Part shown: in pieces, positions 35,858-46,945 of the stretch
Position numbering within the stretch: position 1 is the stretch's first letter
Layout of the letters: every line of letters starts with the position of its first letter
Assembly (NCBI GenBank): GCA_045531555.1
Contig: JAZSEF010000027.1
Span: 20,946-84,945 of the forward strand
DNA from: Roseburia sp.
GTDB taxonomy: Bacteria > Bacillota > Clostridia > Lachnospirales > Lachnospiraceae
Length of the DNA: 64,000 nucleotides
Direction: 5' to 3'
Notes under the pieces: model-generated
Seen by the model: only the letters and a program-made list of their open reading frames with translations
Database searches by the model: none
Told to the model about the DNA's origin: nothing
Program-made: the position numbers and the translations under genes

Positions 35858-38800
35858 CCTGTTCTCCACGCATTTTGTTCATAATTTCTTTGCTGTCAGA
35901 AAAACTGCTAAGTTTCCGGTATCCCTGTCCCGGGAGTCTTGCATCAAAGCCACATACCGCATGGTATGGGCAGTAATCACAGCCTCTTTGTTTCTCAAGC
36001 TGGTACGGTCTCATAGACACATCACCCGATAGGATGCGTTTGCCGGTCTCTGTAATTTTCTCATTTACAAATTCTGAAATAACAGAAAACTCTTCTGCAC
36101 TTGCCACCTTTGACGTCACCTTTAAGCTGCCATCTGCTTTTTTCCCAACCGGAATTACCGATGAAGAAGCTGCCATTTCGCTATCCATCTTTTCATAAAC
36201 CGCCGGACTATCATTTACCAGTCCATTTAACTTTAACTGGTCTAAAATAGCCTCCCGAATCTCTGCATCGGATTCACTGCCCGTTCCTTCCACCATCGGA
36301 TGCTTCACGTGATAGTAAAAGATCCCCGCCGGTGCAATCTGTTTTCCCGGATGTTTTTTCCCTACCAGTTCCATAGCAGCATTCATATACACTACCAACT
36401 GCAACTGCAGTCCATGATACAGATTTAATAATGAAAAACTGGTATTTCCTGATTTATAATCAATAATTCTTACATATACTTTATCATCATCTTCATAAGT
36501 ATCCACACGGTCAATTCGTCCACGCAAATTCATTTTTTCCTCTTCACTCAAATGAAAATGAATCGCTTTAAAATCGTCATATCCAAAAAAAGATACCTCA
36601 AAAGCACTCGGCACAAACTTCCCTTTTTGCACCTGCTTTATCAATGCCCAGACCGTACAATACAGGGTATTTTTCATACGCCTAATAAGATAACGGTTTC
36701 TTGCATTCTCGAATACATCAGCTCCATCAAATCCGGCAATGGTCTGTTCCATCGCCTTTTCCACCAATGCCTCCGCTACTTCTTCCGGTATATCAAACCA
36801 GTCATATTCCGACTCTGCAATCTGTTTTGCAAAACATTCCAGCACCTCATGATAAATATTACCCATATCGACACTGGCAAACTGCAAAAGTTCGCGTTCT
36901 TTTAATCCAAGACCATACTGCAGATAATGTGCAAATGCACACGATGCAAAGCGCTCCAATCTGGTTACACTATTTTCTAATGTCGTACCGTATAGTGCCT
37001 TTGCTACTGCCCGGCTAATCGGTTCTTCCATATAGGAATCATAATGCGCATCCAGTAATGTCTGCACCTGTTCCCTAAATCTTTCGTCCTTAAGATACCA
37101 TTTTGTCAAAGCATTCCAGAATTCCGGTTCGGTTTCTTCCTGTAATCCCTGTAAAAAGAACTCCAATCCACTCTCCGGCGTCAATATCGTATCAAAACTC
37201 CACTGTCTTGTGATTTCTTCTACCGCTAACTTTGGAAATAATTTCTGCATCGTTCCTATCAGGTAAGATGGACGCAAAGCCTTTCCTTCTGCATTTACCT
37301 TTGCAAAACTCATATAAAGCCTGTCAGAAGGCTTTGTCATATTTAAATATAAATAGAATTTCTGAATAAAGACACGTTCCCTTGCCCCCGGCGCCAGTTC
37401 CATACTAGATTCATTTAACATTTCCCGCTCAAACTGCGATATAATGCCGCCTTTGCTCTCTGATTTCGGTACCACTCCATCATTCACGCCTACAAAAAAT
37501 AACACTTTGATATGCTGCAAACGGGTACGCTCGATATCACCAATTGTCACCTTATCATTTCCCGGCGGAATCACTGCTACCTTCGCTGCATCAAAACCTG
37601 CATCCAAAATATCTGCATACTCGCTGACGGTAATCTGTTCTTCACCTAACAGTGCCACAACTTTATCCAGTAAATCAATCAGTATTTTGTAAATTTGTCC
37701 ATATTCTTTTGCTTTCGCAAAATCCCCGGCTTCTGTATATGCGGTCTCTTTTTCTTTTAACTGACGTTCGATTTCTAACGTCACTAAAAGTTCATACAAA
37801 GCCCTTGTTGCATCCTTTACCGTAACCTCTTTTTTCGAAAGAACGGTATAAAATGGAGTCAGCACTTGCATAATCTGCTCTCGCACCTGATTTAACTCTA
37901 ATATTTCGTCTGTTTCCCCATTCCGCACGAAAGTCCATGTACCAGACCATTTTTTATATCCACGAATCCCTTTTGCCAATACATAATTTTCTAATAAATC
38001 AACCTGTTCATCCGTGCATCTGCACAGGCCGCATCTTAAAAATCGAAACATGCTTTCATAAGAAAAACCATTTTCTACAATCTCTAATGCTGCACGTACA
38101 AATTCCACTAATGGATGATACAAAATGCTTTTCGTCTGGTCGACAAAAAATGGAATCGCATATGGCTCAAACGCTTCCTGCACATAGTTTGCATACAAAC
38201 TCACATCTCCGGTAACAACTGCGATATCTTTATAACGATATCCCTTCTGTCGCGTTAATGAGGCAATCTCACTTGCCACGTAAAACAGTTCTTCTTTCGG
38301 ATTCCTATGCAAAGTCACACGAATCTCGTCCGTTTCTTCCTGCCACCTTTTACTCCACGGTCGAAACAGATTCTGCTCCATAAAATATAACGCTCGATTC
38401 TCTGGTTTACTATCTTTTGCATAACGCCATCCTTCTTTTAGCACAACCGGTTCCTCGACCTGAATATGAAGTCTGTCTGCCATAGCAAGCAGGGTCTCTA
38501 CTGTTTTTTTACTCATTGAGAATAATTCGTGACTGCCTCTGCTATGATAAAAATCTTCCCTATAGTCCAAAGTAACAGACACCATCATTTTCTCTGTCAG
38601 TGTCATAAGCCGTGCCAGAAGATTATTCTGAATCGGTGTAAAACCGGTAAACTCATCAAATACGATTACGCTGTCTCTGATATTCTTCGACTCTTCTGCC
38701 ACTTCGCATAAAAATGTCAATATCTCTTCGGATGTAATAAACTTCCCCTCTAAAAAGTCTCTAAAACCTCGATAAAGTGTCAGCACATCAGCAAGTTTCA

Positions 38801-39260
38801 TTCGTAATGTTTCACTGATGTTGGCGTATGACAAAAACTCCTGCAACACGTCAGGAGTTATATTGTACTGGCTAAGTTCAGAGATAAGCGATTTTACTTC
38901 CCCTACATAACCCATCTTATTCATATTACTGCCAAGAATCTTTAATTCAGACAGCTTTTCTTCCGCAACACGGCGAAGTACAAGGTTCTTCCCCGTCTCT
39001 TCTAATACAATTAAATTTTCCCGTCCCAGTTCATCAAATACACGATATGCTAATCTGGCAAAACTTAATACGTCTACATTCATAATCGCATGTGATTTCT
39101 GCAATCGCACCAGCTCTCGCTGTGTAGACATCGTAAACTGTTCCGGAACTAAAACAATATAATTTTTTTTCGGATTCTTCCTGGCCTCTTCTAATACCTG
39201 CTCATATAGATACGTCGATTTACCGCTTCCTGAATTCCCAAAAATAAATTGAAGTGACAT
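35817..39260 (-). CDS. addB: ATP-dependent helicase/nuclease subunit B
   Basis: GNSGSGKS, VPEQF, SFARLA, RGRIDRVD...IDYKSG, Fe-S cysteines CDYCPYHAVC. Confidence 0.96.
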   Translation of the reverse strand: MSLQFIFGNSGSGKSTYLYEQVLEEARKNPKKNYIVLVPEQFTMSTQRELVRLQKSHAIMNVDVLSFARLAYRVFDELGRENLIVLEETGKNLVLRRVAEEKLSELKILGSNMNKMGYVGEVKSLISELSQYNITPDVLQEFLSYANISETLRMKLADVLTLYRGFRDFLEGKFITSEEILTFLCEVAEESKNIRDSVIVFDEFTGFTPIQNNLLARLMTLTEKMMVSVTLDYREDFYHSRGSHELFSMSKKTVETLLAMADRLHIQVEEPVVLKEGWRYAKDSKPENRALYFMEQNLFRPWSKRWQEETDEIRVTLHRNPKEELFYVASEIASLTRQKGYRYKDIAVVTGDVSLYANYVQEAFEPYAIPFFVDQTKSILYHPLVEFVRAALEIVENGFSYESMFRFLRCGLCRCTDEQVDLLENYVLAKGIRGYKKWSGTWTFVRNGETDEILELNQVREQIMQVLTPFYTVLSKKEVTVKDATRALYELLVTLEIERQLKEKETAYTEAGDFAKAKEYGQIYKILIDLLDKVVALLGEEQITVSEYADILDAGFDAAKVAVIPPGNDKVTIGDIERTRLQHIKVLFFVGVNDGVVPKSESKGGIISQFEREMLNESSMELAPGARERVFIQKFYLYLNMTKPSDRLYMSFAKVNAEGKALRPSYLIGTMQKLFPKLAVEEITRQWSFDTILTPESGLEFFLQGLQEETEPEFWNALTKWYLKDERFREQVQTLLDAHYDSYMEEPISRAVAKALYGTTLENSVTRLERFASCAFAHYLQYGLGLKERELLQFASVDMGNIYHEVLECFAKQIAESEYDWFDIPEEVAEALVEKAMEQTIAGFDGADVFENARNRYLIRRMKNTLYCTVWALIKQVQKGKFVPSAFEVSFFGYDDFKAIHFHLSEEEKMNLRGRIDRVDTYEDDDKVYVRIIDYKSGNTSFSLLNLYHGLQLQLVVYMNAAMELVGKKHPGKQIAPAGIFYYHVKHPMVEGTGSESDAEIREAILDQLKLNGLVNDSPAVYEKMDSEMAASSSVIPVGKKADGSLKVTSKVASAEEFSVISEFVNEKITETGKRILSGDVSMRPYQLEKQRGCDYCPYHAVCGFDARLPGQGYRKLSSFSDSKEIMNKMRGEQDGNELDIGSAESN

Positions 39261-39278
39261 ATAAATCTTCCTTAAAAA

Positions 39279-39860
39279 TTATTCACCAAATTTAAAATCC
39301 GGTCCTAAATTACCTTCTTTTAAATGCTTTCTACACAATGCAATGTAAGAATCATTGCCACCTAAAACTACCTGCGCACCTTCTCTTACAATTCCATGCT
39401 CATTAAAGCGGGCATTACATCTAGCAGCTCGTCCACACCAGCATACCGTCTTTATCTCCTCGATAATATCTGCCCATGCTAATAACCAGGTACTTCCCTC
39501 AAACGGCACATTCTGGAAATCTGCACGCAATCCATAGCAGATGACCGGCACACCCAAATCATCTACAATATGAGTAAAATATTCAATCTGTTCTTTCGGA
39601 CAAAACTGTGCTTCATCAATGATAATACAATCATATTTTTGAACTTCCGCATCAGACATCTGCATCAATTCTTCCGTCCATATGCACTCTTTCTGTAAGC
39701 CCATGCGGGAACTCATAATCTTCTCACCATCTCTTAAGTCAATCTGTGGCTTTGCCAATAAAGCTCTCTTTCCACGCTCTCTGTAATTATACTCCACCAT
39801 CAGAGCATTCGCCGTCTTAGAGCTTCCCATAGCACCATAACGAAAATATAATTTAGCCAT
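39279..39860 (-). CDS. tdk: Thymidine kinase
   Basis: MAKLYFRYGAMGSSKT, IDEAQF, YGLRADF, Zn cysteines CWCG...LCRKH. Confidence 0.95.
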   Translation of the reverse strand: MAKLYFRYGAMGSSKTANALMVEYNYRERGKRALLAKPQIDLRDGEKIMSSRMGLQKECIWTEELMQMSDAEVQKYDCIIIDEAQFCPKEQIEYFTHIVDDLGVPVICYGLRADFQNVPFEGSTWLLAWADIIEEIKTVCWCGRAARCNARFNEHGIVREGAQVVLGGNDSYIALCRKHLKEGNLGPDFKFGE

Positions 39861-39958
39861 TTCTCTCTCCTCTTCATTTGTCCATATATTTTACACACTA
39901 TAGATTATTATAGCATGTCTGCGTTGCTTTTGGCTACATAAAAACTTTTACAACACTA

Positions 39959-39986
39959 TAAAGAATTTTCTGAAAATTCCCGATAT
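39959..39986 (+). promoter_or_regulatory. sigma28-type promoter
   Basis: TAAA (39959-39962), 16 bp, CCCGATAT (39979-39986). Confidence 0.65.
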
Positions 39987-40028
39987 ATATACAAAGGGAA
40001 AGACAATTTAACATTATTATCAAGGAGG

Positions 40029-40235
40029 ATGAGTGTCGCAAAAACCGCATATTATGAATTCAGTTTGATACAAGCAGTCAGTCAGATAGAACCAATTGAA
40101 AAATATCGGCCAATGAGCCGCCATTCGAAACAGAGTAACCATCAGGAAAGTTTCGCATCTCTGTTTCAAAAGGCAACCCAAAAACACGCAGCTAATAAAA
40201 AAAATAACCCGAATGGATTCGATGTCATATGTTAA
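40029..40235 (+). CDS. Small hypothetical protein under a sigma28-type promoter
   Basis: AAGGAGG SD (start may be the GTG/ATG just downstream); SFASLFQKA...GFDVIC tail. Confidence 0.6.
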   Translation: MSVAKTAYYEFSLIQAVSQIEPIEKYRPMSRHSKQSNHQESFASLFQKATQKHAANKKNNPNGFDVIC

Positions 40236-40304
40236 AGAGTCTTTCCCGACTCTGGAGTCATCTTCTTACGTAGCAAATCAGCGAGTGATTATCCACTGAA
40301 TGCT

Positions 40305-41222
40305 TCACACCTCTGTCATTCCACCCAACAAAATTCCTATATTATCTCCATATATCTGATTAAACTGTGTCAAAGGCAATGGGCTCATTCCCTGACCTAC
40401 TTCTATCGTATATCCCGGTCTGTTATAATTTTGTATAAACCAATCCTTATATCCGGCATATCCCGACGCCATAGGTGTTTCCTCCACGGTATAACCACTC
40501 ACCTCTCCAAAATACAACGCAATTTCCCTGGAACGCGGTGGTTCATAATCTAAAAACTTCCAATAAATCACTTCTCCCTGACTATGATATGCCAAAATCA
40601 AATCAAAATTTTCTCTCAAAGTAAACTCATAAACTGCCAGACTTTCCGGTTCTGTTAATGGCCCTTCTCCGACAAAATCCCTTGGTGCAAATGTCGTAAA
40701 TCCCTGTTCAAACTTAATCTCTCTCGCCATTTCCCACTCTGCTGGAAACTGTAAATTCAAATCCACTCCACGAATATTCGCCTTCCATCCATTTGGATAA
40801 GGAATACCGGGATAGCGCTCTGCAATCCGTTCTACATTTTGCAAAATACTTTCATTTTGAATCGCGCCGTTTACCAAATCTACTCCATCTGGATTTACCA
40901 TAGGTACGAGATACAATGTAACCTTACGTAATAATCTACTTACATCAATCCCATATAAACGTTCTCTTCTACTATACGCATCCGCTATTTCTTCCGCAAA
41001 CCGTAATAAAACAGGTGTGGTAATCCATTCGTTCGCATGAAATGCTGCATTATAAAATACTTTTTGACTTCCCAGCCCCATCTTCATAAAAAGAATCGGT
41101 GTTCCAAGTACACTCCTCCCGATTTCTCCCACCTCTATGAACGGATATGTTTCCTTTAACCTTTGTATCGTACTGTTATTTAGCTGAGAAGTATAATTCA
41201 CATCAGTTCTCACAATTGCCAT
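40305..41222 (-). CDS. M14 zinc peptidase, gamma-D-glutamyl-meso-diaminopimelate peptidase-like
   Basis: FHANEW (HxxE), NPDG, GVDLN, AYHSQG, YTIEVG; sigmaE-like CATAAAAT upstream (41325-41318). Confidence 0.9.
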   Translation of the reverse strand: MAIVRTDVNYTSQLNNSTIQRLKETYPFIEVGEIGRSVLGTPILFMKMGLGSQKVFYNAAFHANEWITTPVLLRFAEEIADAYSRRERLYGIDVSRLLRKVTLYLVPMVNPDGVDLVNGAIQNESILQNVERIAERYPGIPYPNGWKANIRGVDLNLQFPAEWEMAREIKFEQGFTTFAPRDFVGEGPLTEPESLAVYEFTLRENFDLILAYHSQGEVIYWKFLDYEPPRSREIALYFGEVSGYTVEETPMASGYAGYKDWFIQNYNRPGYTIEVGQGMSPLPLTQFNQIYGDNIGILLGGMTEV

Positions 41223-41377
41223 GTTTACTACTCCTTTTCCGTTACTGTCCGCTCCGTTACAGTAACCCTTTTACATACACGTAGTTTTGATAACTACTTC
41301 TTATTGCACTTCATACCATTTTATGCTACAATTTACAAAAATATGTAAAATGTAAATTACTGGAAAAGGAGACACTT

Positions 41378-41929
41378 ATGAGTAACCTTTCTGACTCAAA
41401 TAAAACCCAACGAAACCGCTTCACCAGAATGTGTATCGGAGAAGCACTTATCAACTTAATGGAACACCATGAATATAACTCGATTAAGATATCCGATATC
41501 GTAGCCAAAGCAGGCATTTCCCGCATGACCTACTACAACTATTATCATTCCAAAACTGATATTCTAGAAGATTATTTACAGGAAATCGTAGCAGAATATC
41601 TTCGCTCTGCCAACGATGAAAATAGAAAAGATAAGATTGGTGGTTTTCAGGATTATGAACACATCCTGCATGCATTGAATTTCTTTGATGAATATGCCAG
41701 CTTCTTCCTTACACTTGTAAAGGCAGGCCTGTATTCCATCATCATCGAAGCAGTGAATCGTTTCATGGAAGAACAAATCATGCCTATCTATCCACGTTCC
41801 GTATACAGACTCTACTATTACTCCGGAGCATTATTAAATACCTTTTTAAAATGGGAAGAGAACGGAAAACAGGAATCCACGGAAGAAATTGCAGAGATTA
41901 TTGCTTCCTTTACCGAAAATTCAAAATAA
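41378..41929 (+). CDS. TetR/AcrR-family regulator
   Basis: IKISDIVAKAGISRMTYYNYYHSK HTH. Confidence 0.93.
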   Translation: MSNLSDSNKTQRNRFTRMCIGEALINLMEHHEYNSIKISDIVAKAGISRMTYYNYYHSKTDILEDYLQEIVAEYLRSANDENRKDKIGGFQDYEHILHALNFFDEYASFFLTLVKAGLYSIIIEAVNRFMEEQIMPIYPRSVYRLYYYSGALLNTFLKWEENGKQESTEEIAEIIASFTENSK

Positions 41930-41941
41930 TTTCTTCGCTTC

Positions 41942-42008
41942 AAAAAGTAGGAATATAAAAAGCATGTCACAAATACTCATGACATGCTTTATTATATTCC
42001 TACTTTTT
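41942..42008. terminator. Bidirectional long hairpin between convergent genes
   Basis: AAAAAGTAGGAATATAAAAAGCATGTCA...TGACATGCTTTATTATATTCCTACTTTTT. Confidence 0.75.
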
Positions 42009-42016
42009 TAATGTTT

Positions 42017-42373
42017 TTAGATATAACGTATCTTACATGAACTTCTAGACCCTAGTGGACATTCATACACACTATCTTCACCACTTCTTCCTATGTAAGA
42101 AAGAGGACATTTACGACAATTTCCTAAAGTGAAATCGACCGGAAGATCAAATTCTATGCATCCACGCTTTAGACCTCTTAGTTCGGCTTCTTTTAATACG
42201 TTCTCCCACGATAAGTTCTGACCACAAGTATCACATTTACTATTTCGCATTACCACTGGTCTACGGCATGTAGGACATGCATAATATAATACACCTGTCG
42301 CATCTACATTCTCTACGACTTCAGATGGAAGCTGTTTTATCAGCTGCTCCCTTAAATCTTCCTGCATTCCCAT
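42017..42373 (-). CDS. Cys-rich (zinc-ribbon-like) hypothetical protein
   Basis: CPTC, CDTC and CRKC pairs plus extra Cys; 13 bp after the MCP stop, GGAGAG SD. Confidence 0.75.
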   Translation of the reverse strand: MGMQEDLREQLIKQLPSEVVENVDATGVLYYACPTCRRPVVMRNSKCDTCGQNLSWENVLKEAELRGLKRGCIEFDLPVDFTLGNCRKCPLSYIGRSGEDSVYECPLGSRSSCKIRYI

Positions 42374-42386
42374 AAACGATTCTCTC

Positions 42387-44096
42387 CTAGAATTCGAACT
42401 GTCCCATCAACTGAACCATCATCTCAACCTGAGCTGCCTGTTCTTCGCTGACTGCGGCTGTTTCTTCTGATGTAGCTGAGTTGTTATCTACGATCTGTGA
42501 TACTCTTGCGATGTTCGCATCAATATCATGCATATTCTCTGCTGATCTAATCAAAGTAGCTGCTACCTGTTCCATACGTTCGGTAGATGCTGATACACCT
42601 TCAAATACTTTTTCCATGCTGCTTACAGTTTCATCTGCGATTGCAATACCCTTAGCAACAGCTTCAACCGTTGTCTCGATAAGTTTAGTTGTCTCACCTG
42701 CTGCTTCTTTTGACTGTTCAGCAAGACTCTTAACCTGATCAGCAACTACTGCAAAACCTTTACCTGCTTCACCGGCACGGGCTGCTTCAATTGCTGCATT
42801 TAAAGATAAGAGATTTGTCTGGTTTGCAATATCTTCAATCGTTGCAATAATGGTTCGAATCTGTTCAGAACAATTATTAATCTCACCGATAGCTACTTTT
42901 AATTCCTGCATCTTAGCGTTACCAACACTTAATGCCTCGCTTGCCTGTTCTGAAATCTCTACTGTTTCCTGAGCACCTTTTGCATTTTCTTCCATGTCTC
43001 TTGACATTTCATCAATCATGCCGGCAACTTCTGATACCTGTCCTGCCTGTACGGTACATCCCTCTGCCAAATCAACTGCTGCTTTTGCAAGCTGTTCAGA
43101 ACCTGCATCAATCTCCTGTGTAGTATCACGTATAGTCATAAGTGCCTTCTTGGTATCTTCGTTAATCTTAATCATAGATTCTTTGATAGCAACGAATTCA
43201 CCCACATATTCCTGTCTTACATCAATTCTGTAATCTCCATTGCCCATCTGACCAAGTACACTTGAAATTTCATGAATCATATTAGAGAAGTTGTTCTTCA
43301 TGAACTCAATAGCACCAACCATCTGACCAACTTCACTCTCATCTGCTTTCATATCCCATGCAACATCAAAGCGACCCTGTGAAAGTTCTGCCATCTGTTC
43401 AGATACTTTCACAACCGGTGTTAATAACTCATCTTTTGCAAAGGCAATTGTCTTTAAAATCTGACGTATGATGAAAATAAATACAAAAATGAACACACCT
43501 TCTGCAATCATCATAATCACAAACATCGTATTCTGTTTTGAAGCAATACGATCCTGAATCTCATTGATACATTCATCTGTCAACGAACTAATCTCAGCTA
43601 CTGTATTCTGATACTCTTTACCAAATACAATCGTTGTCGCTGCTGATGTCTTACCAGACATCGCAAGTTCCATTGCTTCTTCTTCTAAAGGAACCAATCC
43701 GTTTGACATCTCAGCAATCTTTTCTAACTTCGCCCATTCTTCCGCTGTAATATCATTCCCCTGTAATCCTGCCCAAGCAACATCACGATTCTTAGCTGTA
43801 TTTAATTCATACATATAATTATCGTAATGTTTCTGCAAACCGGTAACAGCAAGTGATTGTACTTCCGCTGTCAAGGTTTTAGAACCTAAACGATACTGAT
43901 TCAGATACATAGTAGTCTCAAGCTGTTCGGAGCTGATGGTACTTGTAACCAAGTTCAAAACCGTAAACATTAATAATACTGTAGCACCTACCATTACTGC
44001 ATTACAAATTCCTTTGATAACCTTATTCAATGCTGCTGCCTGGCCATTTGGATAGTTTGTCTCAATCATCAATTTGCTATAACCTATTTTTGCCAT
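42387..44096 (-). CDS. Methyl-accepting chemotaxis protein
   Basis: Two TM segments, HAMP, signalling hairpin [30 protein letters not shown]. Confidence 0.97.
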   Translation of the reverse strand: MAKIGYSKLMIETNYPNGQAAALNKVIKGICNAVMVGATVLLMFTVLNLVTSTISSEQLETTMYLNQYRLGSKTLTAEVQSLAVTGLQKHYDNYMYELNTAKNRDVAWAGLQGNDITAEEWAKLEKIAEMSNGLVPLEEEAMELAMSGKTSAATTIVFGKEYQNTVAEISSLTDECINEIQDRIASKQNTMFVIMMIAEGVFIFVFIFIIRQILKTIAFAKDELLTPVVKVSEQMAELSQGRFDVAWDMKADESEVGQMVGAIEFMKNNFSNMIHEISSVLGQMGNGDYRIDVRQEYVGEFVAIKESMIKINEDTKKALMTIRDTTQEIDAGSEQLAKAAVDLAEGCTVQAGQVSEVAGMIDEMSRDMEENAKGAQETVEISEQASEALSVGNAKMQELKVAIGEINNCSEQIRTIIATIEDIANQTNLLSLNAAIEAARAGEAGKGFAVVADQVKSLAEQSKEAAGETTKLIETTVEAVAKGIAIADETVSSMEKVFEGVSASTERMEQVAATLIRSAENMHDIDANIARVSQIVDNNSATSEETAAVSEEQAAQVEMMVQLMGQFEF

Positions 44097-44245
44097 AACC
44101 TTCTCCTTTGCTTTCCCTTACGCAAATTTTTACTTCCGTAAATATAGTACCATTATACTAAAAAAGTTTTTTATGGTCAATAAATCTAGTCAATTTTACC
44201 ATATTTTTTTACCCGTCAGCGAAATTTTCCGTTATATTTTATTTC

Positions 44246-44848
44246 TTATTTTAACTTCAAAATATTTTTATAACGTTCCCTTAGTTCCTGAAATTCTATC
44301 ACCGGAGGTTGTTCCTTTTTATGCTCCCCTATATGCTTTTCCATCCAGACCATATTATACCAGCGGTTAAATTTATATCCGCACTGCCTGAATTCACCCA
44401 CCATACGATATCCCAATTTTTCATGAAATCTTACACTGTCTTTGTTTAAATATGCATCTTCTTCTATCGGATAAGCAATACAGGCATTTAAATTCACAAT
44501 GTTTTGTTTTTGTAAAATATCTTCTAAAACCTCATAAAGTTCTCTGCCAATTCCGTATTTCCGACAGTCTTCTCTTATATAGATAGAAGTCTCCACTGCC
44601 CACGCATAAGCCGCTCTGCTTTGAAATGCACCAGCATATGCATAACCTAGAATCTCGCCTTCACATTCTGCCACCAAAACCGGATATTTTTTTAATATCT
44701 TTTTTATTCTATCACTGAATTCGTCTAATGATGGAACATCATATTCAAAAGTTATCGCAGTCTTTTCTACATATGGCGCATATATTTTCAATAGTGCCGC
44801 AGAATCTTCTACTGTGGCAATACGAATCTGTAAGTTTTTTATATTCAT
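44246..44848 (-). CDS. GNAT N-acetyltransferase (phosphinothricin/methionine sulfoximine acetyltransferase-like)
   Basis: TAITFEYDVP, RAAYAWAVETSIY, SVRFHEKLGY, GYKFNRWY. Confidence 0.9.
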   Translation of the reverse strand: MNIKNLQIRIATVEDSAALLKIYAPYVEKTAITFEYDVPSLDEFSDRIKKILKKYPVLVAECEGEILGYAYAGAFQSRAAYAWAVETSIYIREDCRKYGIGRELYEVLEDILQKQNIVNLNACIAYPIEEDAYLNKDSVRFHEKLGYRMVGEFRQCGYKFNRWYNMVWMEKHIGEHKKEQPPVIEFQELRERYKNILKLK

Positions 44849-44945
44849 GTTTCATCCTGCTTTCCGAATATATACTCTATATCCATTACTAAAATAGCAC
44901 AGCTTCTTATACCTAACAAAGCTGTGCTATTTCAACATTTTTTAA

Positions 44946-46226
44946 TTATTCATATCTTAACGCTTCAATTGGATTCATCTTTGCTGCCTTATTTGCCGGA
45001 TAATAACCGAAGAATAATCCGATTCCCAAAGAGAATAATAACGCCACAAAAATACTTCCTATGGATGGGCTAGCCGCATATCCTAACCATTCTGCTCCTA
45101 AGGCACCCAAACCAATTCCAAGGATGACACCTATCACACCACCTACCAGACACATAATCATAGACTCGGTGATAAACTGGATGCGAATAGAACTATTTGT
45201 AGCACCTAAAGCTTTTCTCGTACCGATTTCTCTGGTTCGCTCTGTAATCGATACTAACATGATATTCATAACACCGATACCACCAACTAATAATGCGATT
45301 CCGGCTACAATAGAAATCGCTGTCGTAAGCGTCCCCATCATATCTCCCATAATCGATACCATGGATGCCATACTAAATGCCATTACTTCAAAATACTGAT
45401 TGCTGCGGTAAAAACCATTCAAATAATTTTCAATACGTGCTGCCAAATCTTCTGAGTCCACACCGACCTTTGATACAACACTCAGGCTGGAATAATTTCT
45501 ACTGTGATTAAAATCCTGTGCCGTTGTCAGAGGAATATAGCAGGTAGTACTAGTAGCCCCACCAAACATCGCTGCCATCTCAGACTCTACATATTCATAT
45601 ACACCGCAAATTGCATACTGCACATGCTGTCCATTGATTGTCGTACTAAAATCCTTACCGATTACATCCTCATATGGACAATCGAATATTTCATCCACAA
45701 ACTTATCCGCTACTATCGCCACATTTCTGGCATTTTGTGATTCTTCCAGTGAAATCTTATCTCCGGCAACCATAGTGATGTCATTTGCCATAAAATATCC
45801 TAAACTGACACCGGTAATACTGATATTCGCACTATCCGTATTTTTCTTAACAGTAGCACTTCCGACACTTTCGCTTACTGATACCGCTTCAATAGAATCT
45901 GAAAACTCTGTCAGCAGTGCATAAATCATCTCATCTGTAAAATAATCATGTTCTGTCGTTCTCTTATTTTTTACAATCTGTCCAAAAACAATTCCATTCT
46001 CACGCTCATCAGGCTCCTGCTGCTTCTGTGTCAGCATCACATTAATATTATTCGCCCCCATCGCCTGCATAGATGTAGAAATCGACATTGTAAGCGAGTT
46101 ACCAACTGTCGTAATTGCAATTACGGATGCAATACCGATAATAATTCCAAGCATCGTAAGCAATGCTCTAGACTTATTCGCCAGAAGACTGGTAAACGCC
46201 ATTCTTATATTTTCAAGAAAGATCAT
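44946..46226 (-). CDS. MacB/FtsX-family ABC transporter permease
   Basis: LTMLGIIIGIASV, GGIGVMNIMLVSITERTREIG, PIEALRYE. Confidence 0.95.
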   Translation of the reverse strand: MIFLENIRMAFTSLLANKSRALLTMLGIIIGIASVIAITTVGNSLTMSISTSMQAMGANNINVMLTQKQQEPDERENGIVFGQIVKNKRTTEHDYFTDEMIYALLTEFSDSIEAVSVSESVGSATVKKNTDSANISITGVSLGYFMANDITMVAGDKISLEESQNARNVAIVADKFVDEIFDCPYEDVIGKDFSTTINGQHVQYAICGVYEYVESEMAAMFGGATSTTCYIPLTTAQDFNHSRNYSSLSVVSKVGVDSEDLAARIENYLNGFYRSNQYFEVMAFSMASMVSIMGDMMGTLTTAISIVAGIALLVGGIGVMNIMLVSITERTREIGTRKALGATNSSIRIQFITESMIMCLVGGVIGVILGIGLGALGAEWLGYAASPSIGSIFVALLFSLGIGLFFGYYPANKAAKMNPIEALRYE

Positions 46227-46944
46227 AGCCGCCTCCTGCTCTCTCGCCGATGATATTACCATCTTTGAGTGTAATAATTCGTGATGTCTCTTCTGCTAAC
46301 TCCTCTGAGTGAGTAATTAAAACAATCGTCTTTCCCTGCTCTCTATTCAAGCGATGGAAAAGATCCATAACTGTTCTGCCGGTCTTCGAATCTAAGGCGC
46401 CGGTCGGTTCATCCGCCAGAATAATCGCCGGATTATTGGCTAGGGCACGGGCAATTGCCACACGCTGCTTTTGACCACCAGATAATTCTTCCGGCATATG
46501 CTTCATACGGTCTTCCATCTCTACCAGCTTTAATAACTCTATTGCACGCTCGGTACGCTCTTTTTTCGGCACACCTGCGTATAACATTGGTAATTCTACA
46601 TTCTTCAGCGCGTTTGTCTTTGCTACCAGATTATATGTCTGGAAAACGAAACCGATTTTCTGATTTCTGATATAAGATAATTCCTGGTCAGTAGCATCAT
46701 CAATGTCTACGCCATCAATAATATATTTCCCTTCGGTTGGACGGTCGAGAAGACCTATCATGTTCATAAGAGTCGTTTTTCCGGAACCGGATGCACCTAC
46801 GATAGAAACAAACTCACCTTCATGCACATCTAAATTAATCCCATTTAAAATCTGTAATTCATTTGGTTTTCCGATATAAAAACGTTTAATAATTCCACTT
46901 AAGTGAAGGATATTTTTTCCTGCATCTGCACTTGTGCTGCTCAT
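46213..46944 (-). CDS. MacB/LolD-type ABC ATP-binding protein
   Basis: GASGSGKTT, LSGGQKQRVAIARAL, ADEPTGALD. Confidence 0.96.
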   Translation of the reverse strand: MSSTSADAGKNILHLSGIIKRFYIGKPNELQILNGINLDVHEGEFVSIVGASGSGKTTLMNMIGLLDRPTEGKYIIDGVDIDDATDQELSYIRNQKIGFVFQTYNLVAKTNALKNVELPMLYAGVPKKERTERAIELLKLVEMEDRMKHMPEELSGGQKQRVAIARALANNPAIILADEPTGALDSKTGRTVMDLFHRLNREQGKTIVLITHSEELAEETSRIITLKDGNIIGERAGGGYDLS

Positions 46945-46945
46945 A

